Virus record (IMG/VR): IMGVR_UViG_3300035696_000012
Span: 32,001-96,000 of that record
Strand: one strand, 5' to 3'
Length of the DNA: 64,000 bases
Origin: a virus
The notes under the pieces are model-generated. The model saw only the letters and a list, made by a program, of their open reading frames with translations, ran no database searches and was not told where the DNA came from. The position numbers and the translations under genes were made by a program. The number at the start of each line of letters is the position of its first letter. The first letter of the stretch is position 1. Shown here piece by piece: positions 9,586 to 18,828 of this stretch.

Positions 9586-10413
9586 CTATAGAGTTAACCA
9601 AGAATCACCATCCCATACAACAGTAATTCCCTCATAATTTATAGCAATTATATATTCATTAACCCCATCAATCATATTACCATTGCCACTTACAGTTATG
9701 ACATATGTTGCAGCACTTCCACGTGCATCTTTAATATCGAATGTTTGACCAACTACAGGTGTTGCAGGGAGTGATACCGTAATTGAACTACTCAATGTTC
9801 CAATCGATATAACATTATCGGTTGATTGAATTGTATAGTCATTATCAATAATTGTTATGTTTTGTATAAATCCATTGTATTTTGACAATAATGGTACATA
9901 TGCATAACCATCTTCACTTACTAAAAATTGATTTGTGTAGCCATCAAAATATATTATACCTTGACCAGGATCTGAAACATAACTTGTTGTAATTGCATTT
10001 ACAATAATTTTACCAGTTAAATCAAATAGCCCCGTCATCTCTGATGTGCTCTCTATCGGACCGGAAGTTATACCGCCAGTTGTAGATATGTTTTGATCTA
10101 TAAAATTATTACCACCATTTACCGTAGGTCCCCATGCAAATCCATTCCAAATAATGGTTTGTCCTGTTTCCGGTATTCCATAACTTATGATACTACCAGC
10201 ACCCTGCTGATTGAATAATGTGGCTTCTAATGCATCTAATCTAGCACGAACGGTATTAAATATACCTTGTGGTTTTACACCTAATGTTCGTTCTACTGCT
10301 AATATAGCATCACGAAGAATATTAACATTAACTCCCTTGACCGATGTTATATTATCGAGTACTGTAGGAAGTGTTATAGAACTATCGATTTGAGCAGGAT
10401 ATACTGTTGACAC
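9586..10413 (-). CDS. Fibre-like virion protein
   Basis: Probable GTG start 10413 (MSTVYPAQIDSS..LPTV.D...N.LRDAILAVE..LG, a common fibre N-terminus); C-terminal LPATPVVGQTFDIKDARG...IDG...NYEGITVVWDGDSW module. Confidence 0.7.
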   Translation of the reverse strand: MSTVYPAQIDSSITLPTVLDNITSVKGVNVNILRDAILAVERTLGVKPQGIFNTVRARLDALEATLFNQQGAGSIISYGIPETGQTIIWNGFAWGPTVNGGNNFIDQNISTTGGITSGPIESTSEMTGLFDLTGKIIVNAITTSYVSDPGQGIIYFDGYTNQFLVSEDGYAYVPLLSKYNGFIQNITIIDNDYTIQSTDNVISIGTLSSSITVSLPATPVVGQTFDIKDARGSAATYVITVSGNGNMIDGVNEYIIAINYEGITVVWDGDSWLTL

Positions 10414-10429
10414 AATATTATGCAACAAT

Positions 10430-10443
10430 ATCGATACGAGTTA
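10430..10443 (-). promoter_or_regulatory. Candidate late promoter (variant TAAC-N8-AT)
   Basis: Minus strand aaTAACtcgtatcgATatt; 16 nt before GTG 10413. Confidence 0.35.
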
Positions 10444-10986
10444 TTTAACAATAAACAAAATATTATCAATTATTCTAATACGCTCTTGCATTGAATCTGT
10501 GTTTATTTGATAGTATTTAATAGAATATATTTCTAATAATAATTTTAACATAGCATCTATACTAACAACGGCATCCCAATTTAATTGTTCTCGAACACCA
10601 TCATTTTTTAATGTTGCTTTGGATGGACGAACAAAAAATATAATTGCATCTTTTAAATCATTAATATATTGCTCAAACTCTGGTCGTTGAATTAGCTCAT
10701 TGGTTATTATTGAGTGTTGAGCCGAATAGGCAATACAATCTAATAATGATCTGTCTGCAACAAAATCAACTAATTTAGATTCTTCTAACAATTGACGATT
10801 GAATATTTCTGTCTGATATGAATTTACTACTAGTATATCCGAACGAAGCGAATCGACATTAAGTTCCTCTTGAGCTAAAACAAGTCTCGCTATTTCTGGT
10901 AAAATAGGGATGTTATATTTTTTATTAACATAACGAGTTAATGTAGTCTTTCCAACGGAATGTGCTCCAATGAAATATATTTTCAT
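10441..10986 (-). CDS. P-loop nucleotide kinase / NadR-type AAA_28-like ATPase
   Basis: N-terminal IYFIGAHSVGKTTL Walker A, E.AR, and V.DRSLLDC.AY motif of NMP/dNMP-kinase-like folds. Confidence 0.75.
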   Translation of the reverse strand: MKIYFIGAHSVGKTTLTRYVNKKYNIPILPEIARLVLAQEELNVDSLRSDILVVNSYQTEIFNRQLLEESKLVDFVADRSLLDCIAYSAQHSIITNELIQRPEFEQYINDLKDAIIFFVRPSKATLKNDGVREQLNWDAVVSIDAMLKLLLEIYSIKYYQINTDSMQERIRIIDNILFIVK

Positions 10987-11014
10987 TACTTTAAACCTTC
11001 AATAATTTCTAATT

Positions 11015-11683
11015 TTATAGTACTACGAAATCTCTATCAATAAATAATACTAATGTATTTGGATCTTTTGCGAATCCAAGTTTTTGCACGATGTTGCCGG
11101 TACTTGATGGTGGCGTTGCGGAAAACCCACCTGGCACTACATCTAAATAATATGTTGCAGTTGTTATTAACCCAGATTGTCCGCCAAGTTCTCCATAATA
11201 TAATACTACTGCTTGGTCTATTGCTGGTTTAGATTGAACTACACCAATAACTGGCTGTGATAGTGGTTGAGTTGCGCTTGCTAAATCAACATAATCTGAC
11301 GATGTTAGGTATACAACGTCATTTATATTAACATTTGTTGAACAAGTATATGTTCCTGAAATACTTCCTGATTGTTCGAATGGATTTCCAGTTCCAGTTG
11401 TAATACCATTACGATTTAAAAATCCAGTAAATGTTGGATCGAATGACATTAAATTAACATTGCTTTGAAATACTTTAATTTGTTTTGTGCGAAGTTTGTA
11501 ATATAGCTCGCCTTTTATTAAGGATGACTTAATTTCTTCTTCTGATATACCGCGTATTTTCATCAAATCTATATATCCCATTGGGGCAACTGGATTATTA
11601 AATATACTAATCCATTTTATGGATACATTTTGTACTACAAATGTAATATCAGTGGGATTTCTTCGATAGGCAAAAATATTCAT
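11015..11683 (-). CDS. Hypothetical virion protein, C-terminal cement/decoration-like domain
   Basis: C-half INDVVYL...VDLASA....VIGVV...A.V.YYGE....GL.T...YYL...GG....P...GN.VQ.LG.A resembles capsid-cement-type beta domains. Confidence 0.55.
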   Translation of the reverse strand: MNIFAYRRNPTDITFVVQNVSIKWISIFNNPVAPMGYIDLMKIRGISEEEIKSSLIKGELYYKLRTKQIKVFQSNVNLMSFDPTFTGFLNRNGITTGTGNPFEQSGSISGTYTCSTNVNINDVVYLTSSDYVDLASATQPLSQPVIGVVQSKPAIDQAVVLYYGELGGQSGLITTATYYLDVVPGGFSATPPSSTGNIVQKLGFAKDPNTLVLFIDRDFVVL

Positions 11684-11692
11684 ACCAATAAT

Positions 11693-11706
11693 ATATGAAA
11701 AAATTA
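11693..11706 (-). promoter_or_regulatory. Candidate late promoter (TAAT-N8-AT)
   Basis: Minus strand gcTAATtttttcatATatt; 9 nt before ATG 11683. Confidence 0.4.
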
Positions 11707-11874
11707 GCCTATTTGTATTAGTTGATGAAACTGATCCGTTGTTAATTCTACTGAATTAGCTATTATTTCTAATGGCTTATTATTATTTTTTGCAACAATA
11801 GTTATCATTATCTTATTCGGTGATGATGATTTAGAAACCTCTATATATGAGTGATCAGAAAATTGTATTCTCAT
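11704..11874 (-). CDS. Small hypothetical protein (56 aa, not in ORF track)
   Basis: MRIQFSDHSYIEVSKSSSPNKIMITIVAKNNNKPLEIIANSVELTTDQFHQLIQIG; ATGA overlap with the map stop; fills the gap exactly. Confidence 0.7.
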   Translation of the reverse strand: MRIQFSDHSYIEVSKSSSPNKIMITIVAKNNNKPLEIIANSVELTTDQFHQLIQIG

Positions 11875-12710
11875 TGAAAATATATATCTCTTTCTATTCC
11901 TTCACCTTCACGATGACTCATAATTTCAATATGGTCTGAATGAATGTATAAGCTATGTTCCCAGTGAACACCAACTTCATTGGTTATGACGCTCCACCCA
12001 TCATCCGCTGTTTTAGTAAAAAAATTATTTGATTTTAATGTTGCCTGAGGTTCTATTGCGATAGTTAATCCTGCACAAACTCTGATTCCATCGTTTGGCG
12101 ATGAACGATTAGCTACGAATGGTTGAGCATGTGGAATACCTATTCCATCCACTGTTCGCGACAACCCATGCCCACCATATTTAGTAATTACATCATATTT
12201 ATCTTTTAATGTTTTAAATATAGAATCACCAACACACCCCAATCGTTTTCCAATTTTAATGGATTTAATACCATTGTATAATGATTGCTTTGTGTCTTCT
12301 GATAGATCGGTATATTCTTTTTTTACCGATCCATAGAAACAAGTGATTGCGCTATCTGCTATGACTCCATTATATGTTGCTCCGAGATCAAAAGAAACTT
12401 TATCTCCTTCTCTCAACCTATAATCTGATGGTATGCCATGGACAAGAACTTTATTTATTGATATACACACTCCGTATGGAAATCCTTTATACCCACGAAA
12501 TGTTTGTTGACAACCATGTCTCTCTATATATTCTCCAGCCATATTATTTAGCTCGAGCATAGTCATAGTGGTTTTTTCTTTTACCGCATTTTCTAATAAT
12601 TGCAAGGCGCCGGCAACAACACGACCAGCGATGCGTTGCCGTTCTAACCAAGTATTATCTTGTAAAATTACAAAATCACTAATGTATGATTTATCTTGCA
12701 CGATCCTCAT
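11871..12710 (-). CDS. map: Methionine aminopeptidase type I
   Basis: GFPYGVCISINKVLVHGIP, GDKVSFDLG, ADSAIT, GGHGL, IAIEP, HWEHS: all five metal ligands (D,D,H,E,E) and the substrate His present. Confidence 0.93.
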   Translation of the reverse strand: MRIVQDKSYISDFVILQDNTWLERQRIAGRVVAGALQLLENAVKEKTTMTMLELNNMAGEYIERHGCQQTFRGYKGFPYGVCISINKVLVHGIPSDYRLREGDKVSFDLGATYNGVIADSAITCFYGSVKKEYTDLSEDTKQSLYNGIKSIKIGKRLGCVGDSIFKTLKDKYDVITKYGGHGLSRTVDGIGIPHAQPFVANRSSPNDGIRVCAGLTIAIEPQATLKSNNFFTKTADDGWSVITNEVGVHWEHSLYIHSDHIEIMSHREGEGIERDIYFQ

Positions 12711-12720
12711 AATATCCTTA

Positions 12721-12969
12721 TCAGTTTCTACCTACTGAATTAAACCATGAATATGGAACTTGATCGATTTTTTCATATTCTATACCATCAGTATCTAATG
12801 CTTGTCGTGCTTTACAACGCATACATTGTATTTTTGTACCTGGTGTCGAACTAAAAGTTGATTGTCCTGTTTCCGGATCCATCCCAAAATTAGATGAACC
12901 ACCAACTTCATAACAAGTACATCCACCAACTGTCATCGATTTAACTAACGCAATAGTATTATCATACAT
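12721..12969 (-). CDS. Hypothetical protein, possible zinc ribbon
   Basis: CTC...CMRC cysteines; 82 aa; in operon spacing. Confidence 0.6.
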   Translation of the reverse strand: MYDNTIALVKSMTVGGCTCYEVGGSSNFGMDPETGQSTFSSTPGTKIQCMRCKARQALDTDGIEYEKIDQVPYSWFNSVGRN

Positions 12970-12971
12970 AA

Positions 12972-13337
12972 TTAAACCTGTTCGTCTGCTGGTGCTTCAA
13001 CCGAAGTCACGCCTTTTTCATCAACAACAACTTTAGCCGCTGGTTGTACTGAATCCGATGTTTTCTTTATGCCTGAAAACTTCTTCATAACGGTTTCTGT
13101 ATCTTCAGTCGATGTAGCAGTATAATGACGAGTTTCAGTCTTTACTACTGGCTCTTTACCAACCAATGATAGATCTAATTTTAGTGTTAGATTAACAATT
13201 GTTTGATCTAATGTTCTTACTATATTTTGTACATTCTTTAGATCTTCTCGCGATAGTTTTATTGTTTCATTATTTATTGACCCAGACATAAAATTACGAA
13301 CAATAATTAAATTAGCAATATCTTGTAATATTTTCAT
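12972..13337 (-). CDS. Hypothetical protein
   Basis: 121 aa, 2-nt gaps to neighbours. Confidence 0.65.
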   Translation of the reverse strand: MKILQDIANLIIVRNFMSGSINNETIKLSREDLKNVQNIVRTLDQTIVNLTLKLDLSLVGKEPVVKTETRHYTATSTEDTETVMKKFSGIKKTSDSVQPAAKVVVDEKGVTSVEAPADEQV

Positions 13338-13339
13338 TT

Positions 13340-13600
13340 TTAGCTCTTCCTTGTTATAGCGCCATCTTCACTAAGAATATCTCCATCTGAGAGGTGATAT
13401 TTTAATGCTAACCGCAATACTAAATTATTGTAAACTAGCTCTGCTGTTTCTTTTTGAGATTCGGCAAGTTTTGCATTTGAGATAGCAGTTTCTCGTTTTG
13501 CTTTAACGAGATCTAATGCTGCTTTATCTGCATCTTCCAAACGTTCAATAACTTCGACATTTGATGGCAAGGTTGTTTGAGTTGTATTTTGATCTGACAT
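13340..13600 (-). CDS. Hypothetical coiled-coil protein
   Basis: 86 aa, AAGGAG RBS, heptad-like helix. Confidence 0.7.
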   Translation of the reverse strand: MSDQNTTQTTLPSNVEVIERLEDADKAALDLVKAKRETAISNAKLAESQKETAELVYNNLVLRLALKYHLSDGDILSEDGAITRKS

Positions 13601-13638
13601 ATTATTCTCCTTCGCCCAGATTTTAGGCTATATAAAAC

Positions 13639-13666
13639 AATATATCAACGATTAATTGTTTGTCAA
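13639..13666 (-). promoter_or_regulatory. Host sigma70-type promoter
   Basis: Minus strand TTGACA-aacaattaatcgttga(16)-TATATT upstream of 13600. Confidence 0.65.
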
Positions 13667-13685
13667 GGACTTTTATTATTTTAAT

Positions 13686-15032
13686 TTAGAGAATCTCTGA
13701 TGCTAATGTTGCAAGTGGCGAGCGTTCGCCTTTTGTTAACAACACACTACCGCACATATCATAACCTTTAAACTTTTCAATAGCATGAATTAGTGCGTTA
13801 TTAGCAGAGTCTAATTGCATATTATCTATTTGTTTTAGATCTCCCAGTAATACTATTTTACTACCTTCGCCTATACGAGTAATCATTGTTTTTAGCTCAT
13901 GCAAACTACTATTTTGAACCTCGTCAATAATAATGAATGCATTAGGTAATGAACGTCCCCTAAGGTAGGATAGAGCCTCCATCTCAATTAATCCCTTCTC
14001 CATCATTAGCGATAGATATGGATCTACACCGTCTTTATTGTTTTTATTCATTTTGGAACTAGAGTTTTTTATTAAAAAATTCAAGTTATCTCTAAACGAT
14101 GCTAAAAACGGATCTAATTTTTCTTGTTTAGATCCCGGAAGAGTACCAAGATCTTTTCCTACCGAAACGATTGGTTTCATTATTATTAATTTATCATATC
14201 GCTTTTCTTGTGATTCTAATACACTATGCAGTCCAGCGGCGAGAGATAGTAATGTTTTACCAGTACCGCTTGGACCAGCTAATGATACAAGATTAACTGT
14301 ATTATCCAACAAAAGATCTAGTGCAAAATTTTGTTCTGAACTTTTTGGAGATATTCCAAATACATTTTTATGTTTTTTAATTTCAACTATATCTTTTTTA
14401 TTAGACCTAAACCTTCCATACCCAAGTAGATCATTTTTTGATGATTTTAACACTAATATATTGTTAGCATATAGTTCATTTTTTTCTATAAAATTATCAT
14501 CAATTTCTATTGAATGATTTCCATAAAACTCATTTGTTTGTTCATCATTTATTTCAAGCTCTCTTACACTATTATATATTTCATCGGCTGATTTATATCT
14601 ATCTTTTGTATAATCTTCTGCTGATAGCCCAAGAGCTTTTGCACGTATGCGTAATGCGATATCTTTACTAATTAAAATTACTTTTTCTGTACGATTTAAT
14701 TTATTCAATTTTATCGCGCAAGATAGTATTCTATTATCACCGTATAGAAATGTTCCGAGTGATTTATCCTCTTCTGTATTATGATCTATTTTTAATAGAA
14801 TATTATTCTCTAACCTTATACCTTTTTCAAGATCTTTATTATTTGGTAATAACCCATCCAACGTTCTAATAACTGTCCTTGCATTTTTACCTGTTTCATC
14901 AAAAAACTTTTTAAGTTTATCCAATTCTTCTAAAACTGTTATTGGTATGATGACTATATTATCATTAAAGCTTTTAAAACTTAAAGGATCATACACCAAC
15001 ACTGACGTATCAAGTACATATATCTTTTTCAC
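13686..15032 (-). CDS. phoH: PIN-domain PhoH family protein (PhoH2/YlaK type)
   Basis: Probable GTG start after GGAG; PIN motifs YVLDTSVL, VLEELD, DNRIL, SKDIALR; PhoH motifs GPSGTGKT, LRGRSL, DEVQN, TRIG, GDLKQID. Confidence 0.9.
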   Translation of the reverse strand: MKKIYVLDTSVLVYDPLSFKSFNDNIVIIPITVLEELDKLKKFFDETGKNARTVIRTLDGLLPNNKDLEKGIRLENNILLKIDHNTEEDKSLGTFLYGDNRILSCAIKLNKLNRTEKVILISKDIALRIRAKALGLSAEDYTKDRYKSADEIYNSVRELEINDEQTNEFYGNHSIEIDDNFIEKNELYANNILVLKSSKNDLLGYGRFRSNKKDIVEIKKHKNVFGISPKSSEQNFALDLLLDNTVNLVSLAGPSGTGKTLLSLAAGLHSVLESQEKRYDKLIIMKPIVSVGKDLGTLPGSKQEKLDPFLASFRDNLNFLIKNSSSKMNKNNKDGVDPYLSLMMEKGLIEMEALSYLRGRSLPNAFIIIDEVQNSSLHELKTMITRIGEGSKIVLLGDLKQIDNMQLDSANNALIHAIEKFKGYDMCGSVLLTKGERSPLATLASEIL

Positions 15033-15085
15033 TATTATCTCCATTTGCAAGAAATTGTTTATGTTGAACTATTTTGTATGAATTA

Positions 15086-15454
15086 TTACTCCTTTCTATC
15101 ATTTTGTTCAAAAACCGTCCAAAACTCTATACTCATTTCAATATATAATTTCTTCTTAGGATCAATTTGTGATGGATCTTTTTTCATCTTGTATGATGGC
15201 TTTTTCCATTCTGCAATAAGTTCTTTTTCAACAAAAATTTTTAAATTGCTATTTGGACTTTCAAATATAGAAATGCCATAGAAACTTAAATCTTTACGCA
15301 TTTTTATTTTCTTTTCAATAGAAAGAGGCTCATCAGGATTGTAATCTATTGCAACCTCGAGAGCCTCTAAAATAGTTTTAATGAAGCGAGCTTGTTCCTG
15401 CGCTTCTATGTTTTTAGTATTTTCGTCTCGTCTAATTAAGATGGTGTAACGCAT
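15086..15454 (-). CDS. Hypothetical protein
   Basis: 122 aa ORF filling the gap between phoH and nrdJ. Confidence 0.7.
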   Translation of the reverse strand: MRYTILIRRDENTKNIEAQEQARFIKTILEALEVAIDYNPDEPLSIEKKIKMRKDLSFYGISIFESPNSNLKIFVEKELIAEWKKPSYKMKKDPSQIDPKKKLYIEMSIEFWTVFEQNDRKE

Positions 15455-15470
15455 TCGCGGTCTTAATTAT

Positions 15471-15484
15471 ATAAGAAAAAATTA
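15471..15484 (-). promoter_or_regulatory. Candidate late promoter (TAAT-N8-AT)
   Basis: Minus strand acTAATtttttcttATata; 16 nt before ATG 15454. Confidence 0.45.
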
Positions 15485-15489
15485 GTAAT

Positions 15490-17994
15490 CTAACCGCATT
15501 TTGAATATTGACATCCAGTGCAACGAAGACATCCTTCTTGATATACAAGTGTATTTTCTTGTTTACAAGACGGACACACCTTTTCTGCAGACGATTTCAC
15601 GCCATCTTGTATATATGATTTCAATACACGACCCATTACTTTTGAGAATGATGTTATATCCGAATACTTATCTTTTTGTAATTGTTCAACGATATATTGA
15701 ACCGGGACTCCGTGCCTCAATGACAATGATATTGTGCGTGAGAATGCGCCGAAATTAGCATTCTCGAAAACATTGGCAATATCTTTTATTATCATCTGAT
15801 CATCGTTCTCACCAATGATTAGATTGTATGTGGAAATACCATCTACTTTACCATTTTTTTGAATTTGACCAGTCTTATGCTTATTTGGAATATCAACATA
15901 CTTAGATAGTCCTCCGAACACTTCATACGGCTGACCATTTAATAATCCAACGAACATCGTCCATTGCTCACCTTGTATTTTTGCTTTTTTGATATCGCAT
16001 GGGAGAATGTCTGGGCGCTTTGGAGCCATAGCTGTGCTTATGATATTGGGTCGATCACTGGTTGATTTATTCTGTTCGGAGCTAACTAAAACGCCCGTTC
16101 TACAACCATCACGATATACTGTAAATCCTTTACAACCAGATTCCCATGCTCGCATATATACTTCTGACACAAGTTCTTTCGTGGCTGAATTAGGGAGATT
16201 ACAAGTTTTAGATATTGAATGATCTATTGATTTTTGAGCTATTGCTTGCATTTCTACCGAAGCAACCCAATCTACATCATTGGATGTAGCGCCATGATAC
16301 GGAGATTTTTCGATATCTGTTTTACCGGTGATTTTCATCCATTTAGCTACTCCATGATGATACACATTAAATTCTTGCCAAGAATCCCCCGATGGATCGA
16401 CAAAATCTACGCGAGCATTTTTATCATTAGGATTTATTTTTTTACGACGAACGTATGATAGTAAATATGCTGGTTCAATACCAGATGTCGTTTGTGTTAA
16501 TGTGGATACACTCCCTGTTGGAGCCGTTGTAGTTAACGCAATATTTCTACGACCTGTTTTTTTCCACATTTTTATAACATCATTACCACAATCGGACATA
16601 ATAGAATTAAGATATGCGTGTTTCTTTTCTTTTTCATAACTAAATACTGGAAATGCTCCACGCTCTTCCGCAAGAATACAAGAAGAAGTATGTGCCCCAA
16701 CCGCTAACGTACGATATATTTTACCAGTAATTTTTATTGATTCTTTTGAACCATATTTTATATTGAGCATAGCTAACGTATCACCAAGCGCCGTTATACC
16801 TAATCCAGTACGCCTCCCACCTTCATTGGCTTTCAATACTTTTTTCCACAAATTTAATTCGACTAATTTAGCTTCTTCTGGTTCTGGATCGCTTTCTACT
16901 TTGGCGATTATTTTATTTATTGCTTCAATTTCCAAGTCTATAATATCATCCATTAATCGTTGTGCTTTAATAACATGATCTTTAAATAAATCATAATTAA
17001 ATTCAGCTTCTTCTGTAAATGGATTATCTACATATGACGTAAGATTTATTGCTACGAGCCGACAAGCATCATATTTAGACAAAACAATTTCACCACAAGG
17101 ATTTGAGCTAATTGATTGATATCCTTCATCTTTATAGATATCTGCTGGCGTACTTCTTTGTACTTCATCCCAAAACATTAATCCGGGTTCGGCGCTTGAC
17201 CAAGCCGAATCAATTATCTGATCCCATATCTCTTTTGCTTTTACTGTTTTTGTTATTTTTGCTTCTTGAACACTAACATCAACTGGCCAACGAAGAATGT
17301 ATTCACTGTTATTTTTTACCGCTTTCATAAAATCATCATTAAGTCTTATAGATATATTAGCACCAGTAATTTTTGTAAGGTCTCGTTTTATATTTATAAA
17401 TGTTTCTATCTCTGGATGATTGATGGATATAGTAATCATCTCTGCACCACGTCTGCCATTCATTGCAACTTCGCGACATGTATTACTAAAACGCTCTATA
17501 AATACGCCAATACCATCTGTTGTTTTAGCGGCATTCGATGTTGGAACTCCTTTTGGACGTATGCCAGAAATATCATGACCACAACCACCACGACGTTTAA
17601 ATATTTGCGCCAGCTCTTGATCTGCAAGAAGGATACCGCCATATGAATCTAATTTATTAGAATACACTCCTTGTATAACAAAACAATTAGACAAACTTTG
17701 AATCTGATACGGATTCCCGATGGCAGACATAGGGCTTCCTTGTGGTACAATATACTTAAATTTATCTAGCAATGCAAATATTTCTTGTTCATCCATAGGA
17801 TTAGAATATTTATTTTCTATCCTAGCAAACTCTTTTGACAATCGCCAATGCATATCCGTAGGCGTTAGTTCTAGATATTCTCCCTTTTCATTTTGCAATG
17901 CATATTTATCGGTAAATACTTTGCCAGCTAACTCATCTCCATCAAAATATTCAATACTAGCTCCTAAAACTTGCTCATAAGTATATTTTTTCAT
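15490..17994 (-). CDS. nrdJ: Adenosylcobalamin-dependent (class II) ribonucleotide reductase
   Basis: SNCFV, GCGHDIS.IRP.G, RRGA, SNPCGEI (N-C-E), CRLVAINL, APTGS.S, TSGIEP; C-terminal TSCPD-like region and CPSC...QEGCLRC..CQYSKC tail; no beta subunit nearby. Confidence 0.93.
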   Translation of the reverse strand: MKKYTYEQVLGASIEYFDGDELAGKVFTDKYALQNEKGEYLELTPTDMHWRLSKEFARIENKYSNPMDEQEIFALLDKFKYIVPQGSPMSAIGNPYQIQSLSNCFVIQGVYSNKLDSYGGILLADQELAQIFKRRGGCGHDISGIRPKGVPTSNAAKTTDGIGVFIERFSNTCREVAMNGRRGAEMITISINHPEIETFINIKRDLTKITGANISIRLNDDFMKAVKNNSEYILRWPVDVSVQEAKITKTVKAKEIWDQIIDSAWSSAEPGLMFWDEVQRSTPADIYKDEGYQSISSNPCGEIVLSKYDACRLVAINLTSYVDNPFTEEAEFNYDLFKDHVIKAQRLMDDIIDLEIEAINKIIAKVESDPEPEEAKLVELNLWKKVLKANEGGRRTGLGITALGDTLAMLNIKYGSKESIKITGKIYRTLAVGAHTSSCILAEERGAFPVFSYEKEKKHAYLNSIMSDCGNDVIKMWKKTGRRNIALTTTAPTGSVSTLTQTTSGIEPAYLLSYVRRKKINPNDKNARVDFVDPSGDSWQEFNVYHHGVAKWMKITGKTDIEKSPYHGATSNDVDWVASVEMQAIAQKSIDHSISKTCNLPNSATKELVSEVYMRAWESGCKGFTVYRDGCRTGVLVSSEQNKSTSDRPNIISTAMAPKRPDILPCDIKKAKIQGEQWTMFVGLLNGQPYEVFGGLSKYVDIPNKHKTGQIQKNGKVDGISTYNLIIGENDDQMIIKDIANVFENANFGAFSRTISLSLRHGVPVQYIVEQLQKDKYSDITSFSKVMGRVLKSYIQDGVKSSAEKVCPSCKQENTLVYQEGCLRCTGCQYSKCG

Positions 17995-18066
17995 CCCTAT
18001 TCCTTCTCACATTTAAGATAGTTCTATATTACATTTTCAACAACAATGCTGAAAATTAAAATTTTT

Positions 18067-18696
18067 TTATAGTCGTATGTTTTTCTTCAAAACATCCAAC
18101 GCGCCATCAATCATTTTCATACAATAAAAACGCGATAGCTTCATTTTCTTGCAAACTTTGTTTATTGACAACGGCTTATCACCATCGACTCCGAACACAA
18201 GATTTACTATTTTCTTTTGCTCTTCGTTTAAGTGATCCATTGCTGAACCGATTACTTTGGTTATTTCTAAATCCTCCGTCAATTTTTCTGGTATATTTTT
18301 TTCTTCTTTTAACTCTGGCATTCTTGTTTCTCTGTGAGGCACATTGGTCTTAGCAAACTTTAATGGATATCTAATTACCGTATGAGCATTTGCACTACGA
18401 GTTATTCTCGTTTCTATATATTTATGAGCCCACCAAAAGAAAATACCTTTGCTCGGATCATAATTATTCATTGCCCTTACTAAAACTTCTAATCCTTCTT
18501 GGTTTAAATCTTCGTAATTAGAAAATCCTTTATACTTATTGGTTCGCATTGACACGAGGTAAAAAAACTTATCTATACATATTTGTTCGTGTCTTCTGTA
18601 CGCTGCAATATCCTCTTGGCTTTTTGTCTCTTCGCTTTTGTTTCGTAATTGAATAAGTGTCGTCATAAGATTTTGAGCTTCTTCGATAGATACCAT
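18067..18696 (-). CDS. Phage sigma-70-family RNA polymerase sigma factor
   Basis: Region 2 EDLNQEG...L..A...YDPSKG.FF.WA...I; region 4 HTH L.EEQKKIV.L.FG....LS...V.KKM.LSR. Confidence 0.88.
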   Translation of the reverse strand: MVSIEEAQNLMTTLIQLRNKSEETKSQEDIAAYRRHEQICIDKFFYLVSMRTNKYKGFSNYEDLNQEGLEVLVRAMNNYDPSKGIFFWWAHKYIETRITRSANAHTVIRYPLKFAKTNVPHRETRMPELKEEKNIPEKLTEDLEITKVIGSAMDHLNEEQKKIVNLVFGVDGDKPLSINKVCKKMKLSRFYCMKMIDGALDVLKKNIRL

Positions 18697-18739
18697 TCTA
18701 ACCAGCCTTTATTGATGGCATTAGCGCCAACAATTAACC

Positions 18740-18767
18740 AATATAAGACATGTAAAAAGAATGTCAA
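18740..18767 (-). promoter_or_regulatory. Host sigma70-type promoter of the sigma gene
   Basis: Minus strand TTGACA-ttctttttacatgtct(16)-TATATT, same hexamers and spacing as 13639..13666. Confidence 0.65.
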
Positions 18768-18828
18768 GACATTGGTATGATATTTTTACCTTTGTAGTAA
18801 AAAATATATCATGTTAGTGATAGAAAAC

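Noticed and set aside
17995-18066. NrdR box or cobalamin riboswitch upstream of nrdJ
   Set aside because: Gap is only 72 nt; one AU-rich 9-bp hairpin (TTTTCAGCA/TGTTGAAAA) but no NrdR palindrome or B12-box.
18783-18807. AT-rich inverted repeat TTTTTAC-N7-GTAAAAA upstream of the sigma promoter
   Set aside because: Single occurrence, very weak stem, expected by chance at this AT content.
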